From an uncultured cyanobacterium (GTDB taxonomy: Bacteria; Cyanobacteriota; Cyanobacteriia; Phormidesmidales; Phormidesmidaceae): a DNA stretch of 64,000 nucleotides. The stretch spans positions 1,152,001 through 1,216,000 of the forward strand of contig CAWBZI010000001.1 in NCBI GenBank assembly GCA_963793265.1. Direction: 5' to 3'. The notes beneath the pieces were generated by a model. That model ran no database searches and was not told the origin of the DNA. It was given only the letters and a program-made list of their open reading frames with translations. Below are positions 30,333 to 39,117 of this stretch, piece by piece (position 1 is the first letter of the stretch; each line of letters begins with the position of its first letter). A program made the position numbers and the translations under genes.

Positions 30333-31942
30333 AGCTGCTGCTCTTGCAAACTTGCATAATGCTGATAACAGAGAGTGACTACTTCTCTAGGATTTCCTCG
30401 ACTAACTTGAATAATTCTCGTAATTTCCGATTCAGCAAACTGAACAGACGAAGCTTGCAACCTGTCAGCAATAAAGCTTCGAGTGATACCGTCATCCCAA
30501 GGTTTTATGATTTCTTCCAAGCAGATACCTGATAAAGGAGACACCATATTGCCATCGGCACTGTCAGGAAATAGCCTATCCAATGATTTTGAAGCAGCTA
30601 CGACTAATCGAAGAGGAGCGTCCTTACCTTCTGCTAACCCCCGCAACTGCCCTCTCACCTGATTCGTAAAGCCATCCCAGGTCATTTTCTCTATCTCGTC
30701 TAGAATCAGCAGTAGCCGTTTCGATTTCAGCTCGCGTGCCAAACGAAACCCTTTGCATTCAGGAATACCAGCTTTATCGCATAGGGCATAGTAAAAGTCT
30801 TCCTCGTCTGCAACGTGCCGCAAATCAAGATAGATAGGCTCGCGGTATATTTCTAAAAACTCTTTTGCGTTCGCTTCAACAGCTTTGAGCAGAGAAGACT
30901 TTCCCATCTCTCTACTGCCTATCAGAGCTACACTACTGCCACTATTGAGCGTTTCAAAAATCCACTTCAGCGTCTGCTCACGCCCAAAAAACTGATCCGG
31001 CGAATCAATCCGCCCACCCAAAGGCCCAAACGGGTTAGCATCGCTGACAACAAACGAAACAGCATCCGTCTGCTCTACGCTTCCTTTCTGCGTACCCGAT
31101 AGCAGCGCCTTCAAATCTCGAATCAGCCCTAAAATGATATCAGGCCGATCGTCTGCTGCCGAAATACCCGACTCTATCAACGCCAGCTTATCCATCACCT
31201 GGCCAAACTTTTGCGGCACTTCCTCAGAAACTTCTTTAGCCACCTTTTGCAGATTACTATCGACCGCTTGCAGCGTGACTTGCTGTGCCACTAGCCTGCT
31301 ATCAATTTGAACCAGCATTTGAGTTTCAAAAAAGGCATGTAGCTCAGGATTATCGCTGAGCTGCTTAGCAAAAAAGCCATAGGCGCGGTCAATTAGACCA
31401 TCTTCGGGCTGTGCTAACTTCGCGGCGTAGAGTGGAATGGCGTCTTCTGCTGTAGCGAAATTTGTCAGCGATCGCACCACCTCCAAAGCCGCATCCCGCT
31501 CCCCAAAACCAACAAACCCTTCCAAATCTTGCACAGAAATCTCAGGCAGACACGCCTCCGCCCCTTCCAACGCCTTAATCTCCTGTTTCAGCCAAGCCAG
31601 CTTACTGTCCAGCCAGCGAATATCCGCCTTAACTTCTTTAGAATAAACAGGCTGTCCTCTCCAATGCTTCGGAAAATCTCCAATCAGCTCAACCTTGCAC
31701 TCGGAGCAGATACTGACCAATGCCCGCAAATACGAGAGCCAAAGTGCCTTCCGCAGATCTTCGCTAATAGGCGTCGAAGCTTGCCCCTTGAGCGCATTGA
31801 TCAAACACTCACAAACCCGTACAAACCCAACATCAACCCTATTTCCGACGATTCCGCCTACAGAGGCAGCGACCAGCGCCGTAGGCTGCACTGCATTCAC
31901 CGACGCCCCAACCATTAATGCTAGTAGCCCCGCTAAAGCCAA
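30329..31942 (-). CDS. STAND-like P-loop ATPase with uncharacterised N-terminal helical region
   Basis: NPF...FFGRE, GSREMGKSS, LILDEIE and RGNP; TTG start with GAGGT upstream; ATGA overlap with the next ATPase. Confidence 0.85.
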   Translation of the reverse strand: MALAGLLALMVGASVNAVQPTALVAASVGGIVGNRVDVGFVRVCECLINALKGQASTPISEDLRKALWLSYLRALVSICSECKVELIGDFPKHWRGQPVYSKEVKADIRWLDSKLAWLKQEIKALEGAEACLPEISVQDLEGFVGFGERDAALEVVRSLTNFATAEDAIPLYAAKLAQPEDGLIDRAYGFFAKQLSDNPELHAFFETQMLVQIDSRLVAQQVTLQAVDSNLQKVAKEVSEEVPQKFGQVMDKLALIESGISAADDRPDIILGLIRDLKALLSGTQKGSVEQTDAVSFVVSDANPFGPLGGRIDSPDQFFGREQTLKWIFETLNSGSSVALIGSREMGKSSLLKAVEANAKEFLEIYREPIYLDLRHVADEEDFYYALCDKAGIPECKGFRLARELKSKRLLLILDEIEKMTWDGFTNQVRGQLRGLAEGKDAPLRLVVAASKSLDRLFPDSADGNMVSPLSGICLEEIIKPWDDGITRSFIADRLQASSVQFAESEITRIIQVSRGNPREVVTLCYQHYASLQEQQL

Positions 31943-32172
31943 ACTCAGTACACCTCATAACAAGCGTCGTTGTTTATAACATAGCTCACTTATCAAACCA
32001 TTCGGACTGTTGCTAAATAGCCATTATCGGTATGAATTCATACGTGATACTTAGAAAACACTATGTACTAGCGGTAAAGATTGTGACACGGCCAACAGGT
32101 AGCTAAGGTTATATAATTGAGCGCTGATATGTCTTAGCGTATTCGGCACTCATACACCTTAGATGCGAGCTG

Positions 32173-33180
32173 ATGATCAAACATAACGTAATAGATAAAG
32201 GCGTTAGGCCCACTAGCTGCTACCAGCAAAGAATTATCTACAGCGCTAGGGTTTTCGGCATTACGCTGCGCTTAGCCGGAGGCATACTGCTATTAAGCCA
32301 GGTGGTTAAAGCGGTCATGTCTATTATGGATGGCGGCGGGATTAGCTTTAGCGTTGCCAGTGCCGCCCTATTTGCTATTCTCCTTTTGATCGTCAGCAGT
32401 CGGGCTGTCTTAGAAAAAGCGATCGCGCAATTTGCCACTCGACTACGCCGCACCAGCTTTGCCATTTACCTTTATCTATTTCCGTTTTTGCTCACCGCGT
32501 TCATTTTATGGATAAAGTTTAGGGTGGGGTATGAGAGCGATCGCTGGCGATATTTGAGTAGCGAAGGTGGACTCTCTGAGTACGGTACGGCGCTGGCCTA
32601 TCTACTCGTGCCTCTCTTTGCCTATCCCGTTTATAAACAGTTTTGGCGGCAAGGCAGGAAGCTCATGGGAGCCTTATATCTCCTATTCGCCGCTGGCGCA
32701 TTCTTTGTCGGGATGGAAGAAATTAGCTGGGGCCAAAGAATACTGGGCTTTCAAGAACCTGAGTTTTGGACAAAGCATAACGTTCAGTCAGAATTCACGT
32801 TCCACAACTTTGCCTTCTATCAAAACCATCTTCTAAGCCTGAGCTTTCTGGTAGCTGGCTTTGTCGGCTCGTTCTGTTGGATTGTTCTGCGCTACTGGCA
32901 GAAGCAAAGAACACCATCACAACAGCCCGCGCTAGATCTCAACTATCTTTTGCCTGACTGGCCGGTATCGTCGTTTTTCTATCCTATATTTCTGTTTTAT
33001 CTAATCATTGACTATACGGCGTTTAGCGATCGCATCCAATTCTTCAACAGCTTCGACCAAGAACACTGGGAACTGGTCATGGGCTTGGGGGTACTGCTAT
33101 TTGCCGTCATCAGTTTCTTTCGTCAGGGTAGAGAGTACGACGCGCTAAACCGTAGTGAAGTCGAGCCCCCATCTTTTTAA
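32173..33180 (+). CDS. Hypothetical integral membrane protein
   Basis: Multiple TM segments; EGGLSE, EEISWGQR and N-Q-E-T-HN motif. Confidence 0.75.
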   Translation: MIKHNVIDKGVRPTSCYQQRIIYSARVFGITLRLAGGILLLSQVVKAVMSIMDGGGISFSVASAALFAILLLIVSSRAVLEKAIAQFATRLRRTSFAIYLYLFPFLLTAFILWIKFRVGYESDRWRYLSSEGGLSEYGTALAYLLVPLFAYPVYKQFWRQGRKLMGALYLLFAAGAFFVGMEEISWGQRILGFQEPEFWTKHNVQSEFTFHNFAFYQNHLLSLSFLVAGFVGSFCWIVLRYWQKQRTPSQQPALDLNYLLPDWPVSSFFYPIFLFYLIIDYTAFSDRIQFFNSFDQEHWELVMGLGVLLFAVISFFRQGREYDALNRSEVEPPSF

Positions 33181-33225
33181 AACTTCTACTACTCTATATA
33201 GAAGCCCCTAATAGCCTTACCCACC

Positions 33226-34458
33226 GTGCCAACTTCCTCAAAGCAATATACCGCCCGCTGGATGAATCGCCTTGCAGACATTCCATCTGAGCAATGGGAT
33301 GCTATGGCCATGCCTTTACCGACGCCCGCACTAGAGTGGGCCTGGCTCAATAATATGGAAACCTCCGGCAGCACCGGGCCTAAAACGGGCTGGATGCCGA
33401 ACCATTTGACCCTGTGGCACGATGACAGGCTAGTTGCCGCTGCGCCGCTGTATTTGAAAGGGCATAGCTACGGTGAGTTTGTATTCGATCATCAGTGGGC
33501 CGAGCTAGCCGAACGGTTGGGCGTATCCTACTATCCAAAGCTGCTGGGCATGTCGCCTTTTACGCCCGCAGAAGGCTATCGATTTTTGATTGCGCCGACT
33601 GAAGATGAGGCCGAAGTGAGCGCCTTGCTGGTGGGCCTGATTGATGATTTTTGCATTAAGCACGACATTTCGGGCTGCAATTTTTTGTACGTCGATCCTG
33701 AGTGGCAGACGGGCATGGAGGCGTTGGGCTTCAATAAATGGCTGCACCATAGCTACGTGTGGAAAAATCGTGGCTTCAATGACTTTAATGATTATCTAGC
33801 GCAGTTCAATGCGAATCAGCGCCGCAATATTAAGCGCGAGCGTAAGTCTGTAGAGAAGGCAGGCATTCACTTTAAAGTGCATACGGGCGAGAGTCTTACG
33901 CCTGAAATGTGTTTGAAAGTGTATGACTTTTATAGTGATACCTGTGACAAGTTTGGCTGGTGGGGCAGTAAGTACCTTAAGCGTCAGTTCTTTAAGCAGC
34001 TACATCCGGTTTGGAATGATACTCCTTCGGAGTGGCCAGGCCAACGCGTAGTCATTTTCGCCGCCTACACCGAAGACTCTCCCGATCCTGTGGGCATGTC
34101 TTTTTGTTTGACTAAAGGCGATCGCCTCTATGGTCGCTATTGGGGCTCATTTGAGGAATACAACAATCTGCACTTTAGCGCCTGCTATTACGAACCGATT
34201 GAGTGGGCGATCGCGAACGGCATCCAAACCTTTGATCCTGGCGCGGGCGGTCGTCACAAACGCCGTCGCGGCTTTCCGGCCACACCCAACTACAGCCTGC
34301 ACCGATTCTATGCTCGCGACCTTGGCGGCATTCTAGAAAACTACATTGGCCGTATCAACGAAGCCGAACAGTTTCAGATAGACGAAATTAACGCAGACTT
34401 ACCGATTAAGGACTTGCAGGCTGAAGTTCCTTTGATAGAACGAACTAAAAGTCGATAG
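33226..34458 (+). CDS. GNAT-fold FemAB-like (DUF482) protein
   Basis: KGHSYGEFVFDHQWA, PFTP, LYGRYWG, LHFSACYY and GGRHKRRRGF. Confidence 0.9.
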   Translation: MPTSSKQYTARWMNRLADIPSEQWDAMAMPLPTPALEWAWLNNMETSGSTGPKTGWMPNHLTLWHDDRLVAAAPLYLKGHSYGEFVFDHQWAELAERLGVSYYPKLLGMSPFTPAEGYRFLIAPTEDEAEVSALLVGLIDDFCIKHDISGCNFLYVDPEWQTGMEALGFNKWLHHSYVWKNRGFNDFNDYLAQFNANQRRNIKRERKSVEKAGIHFKVHTGESLTPEMCLKVYDFYSDTCDKFGWWGSKYLKRQFFKQLHPVWNDTPSEWPGQRVVIFAAYTEDSPDPVGMSFCLTKGDRLYGRYWGSFEEYNNLHFSACYYEPIEWAIANGIQTFDPGAGGRHKRRRGFPATPNYSLHRFYARDLGGILENYIGRINEAEQFQIDEINADLPIKDLQAEVPLIERTKSR

Positions 34459-34837
34459 AAGCAGTAGAACGCTGTAGCCAAAGTGCCAAGTCCTCTTGAG
34501 AATAGACGCCAGTTGCGACAGATAATACGACTGATACTTCCTCGGCTTCTGTAGAAGTCATTTCATATCCGTTGAGATAAAGGAACGCGGCCATTGCAGC
34601 AAGGCCCACTCTTTTGTTGCCATCTATAAAGACGTGGTTTTGAATAAAGCCATAGCCATAGGCCGCTGCTAGATCCCAAATATTTGAGCCTGGGACATAG
34701 TTGAGAAGCGTTTGAGCTTTAAGTAAAGTTGACTCTAACAGTCCTTCTTCTCGAATACCCGAGGTACCGCCATGTTCCGAAATCTGTTGCTGGTGTAACG
34801 CAACAACACCTCGCTTGGTTAAAAAGCGGTAGCTCAC
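34445..34837 (-). CDS. doc: Doc/Fic family toxin
   Basis: GGTSGIR.EGLLES and NHVFIDGNKRVG Fic/Doc motif. Confidence 0.9.
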   Translation of the reverse strand: MSYRFLTKRGVVALHQQQISEHGGTSGIREEGLLESTLLKAQTLLNYVPGSNIWDLAAAYGYGFIQNHVFIDGNKRVGLAAMAAFLYLNGYEMTSTEAEEVSVVLSVATGVYSQEDLALWLQRSTASIDF

Positions 34838-35067
34838 TGTGCCAGCGCTCTTAAAGCATTGCGATGCTTGCGAGCTACGTGGCGATAAGCCTCCATTTCT
34901 GCGGTAAATTCCGGATCGTAGGGTGTCAGCTCAAAGCCTTGTTCCGTTTTAGTAAGATAAAGCTCATCACCCTCTTTCACATTTAGCTGATCTAGTAATT
35001 CTTTGGGAAACGTGACGCCTAAAGAATTACCAACCTTGCGAATTTTAATGCCACCCATTCTTTTCAC
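34834..35067 (-). CDS. AbrB/MazE-type antitoxin
   Basis: KIRKVGNSLGVTFPKELL..L.VKEGDEL; 4-nt overlap with doc. Confidence 0.88.
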   Translation of the reverse strand: MKRMGGIKIRKVGNSLGVTFPKELLDQLNVKEGDELYLTKTEQGFELTPYDPEFTAEMEAYRHVARKHRNALRALAQ

Positions 35068-35131
35068 TGTGAAGTTATTACTTTAGTTATAACATGCAAG
35101 TAAACAGCAGCGTGACTATCTTTAATCTCTT

Positions 35132-36400
35132 TTACTCATCACTAGGCTGAACCTCCGTAGCAATCATTGTCCTAGTTCCAGCAATCTGTCCAATAATCTC
35201 TTTAAGATCCATTCCCGTTGCCTGATTCACCTGCTCCAAAAATGAAGCCAGCTTAGTCACCTGCGTACCTTTCTCTGCATCAATCACCGTCACATTCTCC
35301 ACTGCAATCTTAGGAATGCTCGTCGCCATCATCTGCATCAGCACCTCTATTTTCTGATAAAGGAACACATCATGAGCATCATCGCCCGCCGCCTGCCACG
35401 CTTCGCCTAATCGCTGCAATCCCAGCACCTGAGCTTTGCCCGCTTCAATAATGCTCGCCGCTTCGCCTTTTGCGGATGCGATCGCCCGTTGCCTCTCCGC
35501 CTCAGCCGGGGCCACCACATCTGCCTGCAATCGCTGCTCCGTCTCCACCACGCGCGCCTTTTCCACCTTAATTTCAGCAGTTGCCTCAGCCACCTGCACC
35601 GCCGCCACCGACTCCACCTCTGTCACCAAAGCCGTCCGCTTCGTCAGGGCATCACGCACCCCTTTTACCGCGTCCATCTTGGCCACTTCTTCGTCACGCA
35701 TTAGCTCTCGCAACACCGTCACGCGCTTATTTGCAGAATCTTGAATAATCGACTCCGCCCTAGCTTGAGCCTCAGCAATTCGAGCATCGCGAATCAGCTC
35801 GGCCTGCTGCTTACGCCCAATACTATCGAGATAGCTCACGTCATCCGAAATCGTCTGAATCTGCAAGCTATCAAGCATCAGCCCCAGCCGCTGCAAATCT
35901 TCTTCAGCCTCTTCAAGCAAGCTCCGAGCAAACGCAATTTGATCGCCATTGGCTTCTTCCGGCGTCAAAATTGCCAGCACGCCGCGTAAGTTACCCTCCA
36001 AAGTCTCTTTCGCCAGCTTCTCTATTTGCTTGCGGCTTTTACCCAACAGCCGCTCAATCGCATTGTGAATTGTCGGCTCCTCACCTGCGACTTTAATGTT
36101 CGCCACCCCCGTTACCGTTAGCGGAATGCCGCCCTTGCTATAGGCTCCCACCACTTTAAGATCGATGATCATATTGGTGAGATCCATCCGAAAGGTTCTC
36201 TCTAAAAAAGGTATTTGAATGCTGCTGCCGCCTTTGACCAGTCGGTAGCCGACCTTCTTATCTTGAGGCAGATGAGTGGGCGTACCTGCAAAAATCAGTA
36301 CTTCTGACGGCTGGCAGATGTAGTAGAGGTTGCGGATGACTAGCCAGGCGCTGCTAGAGCCTAGAAAAGCTGCGCCGAATAAAAAAGCTAAGGTTCCCAT
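35132..36400 (-). CDS. Flotillin (SPFH) family protein
   Basis: TM anchor, AYSKGGIPL, ETLEGNLRGV and EA-rich coiled coil. Confidence 0.9.
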   Translation of the reverse strand: MGTLAFLFGAAFLGSSSAWLVIRNLYYICQPSEVLIFAGTPTHLPQDKKVGYRLVKGGSSIQIPFLERTFRMDLTNMIIDLKVVGAYSKGGIPLTVTGVANIKVAGEEPTIHNAIERLLGKSRKQIEKLAKETLEGNLRGVLAILTPEEANGDQIAFARSLLEEAEEDLQRLGLMLDSLQIQTISDDVSYLDSIGRKQQAELIRDARIAEAQARAESIIQDSANKRVTVLRELMRDEEVAKMDAVKGVRDALTKRTALVTEVESVAAVQVAEATAEIKVEKARVVETEQRLQADVVAPAEAERQRAIASAKGEAASIIEAGKAQVLGLQRLGEAWQAAGDDAHDVFLYQKIEVLMQMMATSIPKIAVENVTVIDAEKGTQVTKLASFLEQVNQATGMDLKEIIGQIAGTRTMIATEVQPSDE

Positions 36401-36438
36401 AATTTCTCTCTTTTAGGTAAAGTATTCGATCTTTTGCG

Positions 36439-37839
36439 CTATTTCAAGCTCAAAGAATTTGTCTTTGGATTAGCGACTGAAACAGGCTGTAGCGCACTCG
36501 CCACGTTGATACCCAAAGTCTCTTCAGACGCTTCTAAGAACTGTTTCATCACTCGCAGATAAATGCCTACTACGCTAGAAACCGCCTCGCCATCGCCGTT
36601 ATCAATGATATTTATATGCTGGAGATCAAGCCTTTCAGGCACCTTGATCGCCTCGCGCAGCACCGTCTCAAACTGTTGAATCACAAACATCTGTGAGGCA
36701 TCTGCACCAATCTCTTGCCACACCTTTGTCAGCAGCTCATTCACATAAGCCTCAGCCTGCACATTCTCAGCTAGGCTAGCGGCCTCACCTTCAGCCTGAA
36801 GCACCTTTGCCTGAAGGCTCGCCTCAGCCGGTAAAATCTGCTCGGCTTGCAGACGGTGCCGTTCTCGCTCAGTTCGCAGCGCCTGCAATTCTTGCTCAGC
36901 GATCGCCTTCCTCTCCTTAGCTGCTGCAACCGTAATTGCCTGCTCAGTTCGCACCTGTTTAGACAGCTTCGCCTTAATCTCACGCAGCCCGTTTTCACGC
37001 TCTACAATCGCCACATTGTCCTGCGTTTGCGCCACGCGCCCCTGCTCCTCACACTGCGCTTCGATTTGTTTAGCCGCCGCGATCGCATCACTTTCTGCAA
37101 TTTCAGCATCGCGAATAATCATCGCAATCCGCTGCCGACCCAAAGACTTCAGGTAGTCCACATCATCCGAGACATTTTGAATCTTCAGAATATCAAGCTG
37201 CAAGCCAAGCTTAGAGAGATCGCTACTTACCCCCGAAGCAATTCGCTCAGCAAACTTCAGCCGGTCTTCGTTCACCTGTTCAGGCGTCATCGTTGCCACT
37301 ACCCCGCGCAAATTCCCCTCAAGGGTTTCTCTAGCGACGCGCACAATTTCAGCCGGTTTATGGTCTAAAAAGCGTTCGATGGCATTGCCAACAACATGGG
37401 TGTCGCTAGAAATTTTAATGTTTGCGATCGCCTGCAAATGCAGCGGAATCCCGCCCTTAGAATACGCGTTATGCACCTCTACCGGCACTGGCATTGTGGT
37501 CACGTCCATACGCTTCACCGTCTCCACGATTGGAATTCTGAACGCTCGTCCGCCCGTCAAAATCCGAAAGCCCACATCCTGACCATTCTTATTCTTCCAC
37601 TTACGTCCTGAGAGAATGACAACCTCGTTCGGATTAGCCACCACTAAAAAAGAACGTAAGAACCACGATCCCAAAACCGCTGCTACGATGCCCAGAGGAA
37701 TCAGGGTCAAGCCACCTAGTTCAGAAGCGTCGTCAAAGGAGGGATTAACCGGGCGGTCTGGGGCTGAAGATTCTGTTTCAACCGCTTGAGTAGTAAGCTG
37801 AGATTGAGAAATATTGTTCAAATTGAAGAAGGGCTTCAT
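36439..37839 (-). CDS. Flotillin (SPFH) family protein
   Basis: PNEVVILSG, AYSKGGIPL, ETLEGNLRGV and coiled coil. Confidence 0.9.
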   Translation of the reverse strand: MKPFFNLNNISQSQLTTQAVETESSAPDRPVNPSFDDASELGGLTLIPLGIVAAVLGSWFLRSFLVVANPNEVVILSGRKWKNKNGQDVGFRILTGGRAFRIPIVETVKRMDVTTMPVPVEVHNAYSKGGIPLHLQAIANIKISSDTHVVGNAIERFLDHKPAEIVRVARETLEGNLRGVVATMTPEQVNEDRLKFAERIASGVSSDLSKLGLQLDILKIQNVSDDVDYLKSLGRQRIAMIIRDAEIAESDAIAAAKQIEAQCEEQGRVAQTQDNVAIVERENGLREIKAKLSKQVRTEQAITVAAAKERKAIAEQELQALRTERERHRLQAEQILPAEASLQAKVLQAEGEAASLAENVQAEAYVNELLTKVWQEIGADASQMFVIQQFETVLREAIKVPERLDLQHINIIDNGDGEAVSSVVGIYLRVMKQFLEASEETLGINVASALQPVSVANPKTNSLSLK

Positions 37840-37888
37840 GAATCTCGCTCCTGATTAAGTTTAGAGAAAAAACGACAATGATAAGAAG

Positions 37889-38272
37889 CTAGCTATCGTC
37901 AAGCACTTCGCCCGGTACAACCCAAGCGTGTGAATCAACAACTTGAATGACTAAGACGCGATCGCCCTGAGAAAACACGTTAGGATAGTCAGTAACAGTC
38001 AAAATCTCTTGGGTCGAGCTATAGTGATAGACTGTCGCTTTTCCTTTTGAGCGGTAGTCGAAAGGGACTTGAACCGTACCGACATGACCTGCTAGCAGAT
38101 GATCGTGAGTGAGGCTGCTTGCCAAAATCTTTTTACGACCAACGAACAAACCTAGAACAAACAGTCCGCCGCATAAAAAACCAATGCTTACAGCAATAAC
38201 AGCGACTAAGATCAACAGATTGCTTTGAATAAGACGCCCTCGCTGCTTTACTGCACACAGGTATGTAGACAA
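37889..38272 (-). CDS. NfeD-like protein (start uncertain)
   Basis: TM helix followed by an OB-fold-like G.V.VPF...KG...GDRVLVI...WVVP; upstream of the flotillins. Confidence 0.7.
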   Translation of the reverse strand: MSTYLCAVKQRGRLIQSNLLILVAVIAVSIGFLCGGLFVLGLFVGRKKILASSLTHDHLLAGHVGTVQVPFDYRSKGKATVYHYSSTQEILTVTDYPNVFSQGDRVLVIQVVDSHAWVVPGEVLDDS

Positions 38273-38482
38273 GAGGCGATCACGCCGACCAAAAGTTTAC
38301 AAAAGTACGCATAGTCAAAACAGATGTCGTTTTAGCGCGTTTGCATACCAGGCTAGGTCTATCTATTTTGTGCAATGAATCCATTCGTCAATTGAAAGAA
38401 GCGTATTGCGCTATACCGTCGATAGCGCGATAAAATAGTCAACCACTACTGCCGTTCATAACAAAAAAAGTCCTGAAGTACG

Positions 38483-38896
38483 ATGGTGATCGCAACCCCA
38501 CCCGCAGCAGATAAAACGAAAAAAGAAACCCTCGCCGCCCTCGACGACAAACTCTCGAAGCGCTTCATCGAGCTAGATCCTGATGGCTATTTTCTCATCT
38601 ATATCGACCGCGACGCCGAGCTATTGTGCGCCAAACACTTTAGCAACACCATCAACGAGAAAGGGCTGGCCTGCGATCCTGAAACCGGCAAGCCTTTATC
38701 CGTACGCGGCGGCAATGTGCGCAAAGCAGAACAGCTCTTCACCGGACGAACCGCCAAAGAGCTGTGTATGAAAATATTTGAAGACAAAGAAAATCCCTGC
38801 CCAATTAGCTATTTAGACCACGCCGCCTACTTAGGTCGCGAATTTGTCCGCGCCGAAATCGCTTTAATCCAGGGTGCGGAATACGTACAGGATTGA
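38483..38896 (+). CDS. DUF4346 family protein
   Basis: LDPDGYFLI, GRTAKEL, LDHAAYLGRE and C-terminal YVQD. Confidence 0.85.
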   Translation: MVIATPPAADKTKKETLAALDDKLSKRFIELDPDGYFLIYIDRDAELLCAKHFSNTINEKGLACDPETGKPLSVRGGNVRKAEQLFTGRTAKELCMKIFEDKENPCPISYLDHAAYLGREFVRAEIALIQGAEYVQD

Positions 38897-39069
38897 GCAG
38901 GAAAGCGATAGACAGGCAAACGCCGAAAGGTAAAGTAGGCCGCTGATGAGCATAAGAACTGACTCGGAAGAACTTGAGATTAGGTAGAACCTACAGGTAA
39001 ACCGGATCAGCTAACCTGCAAACGGGAAATCGCATCATCATTTCACAGTTGACGAAACTAGGCAGGGTA

Positions 39070-39113
39070 TTAGCTTCATACTTCAAGACTCTACCTTTAA
39101 AATATGAAGCTAA
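39070..39113. terminator. Inverted repeat between convergent genes
   Basis: TTAGCTTCATA...TATGAAGCTAA. Confidence 0.45.
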
Positions 39114-39117
39114 AGGT

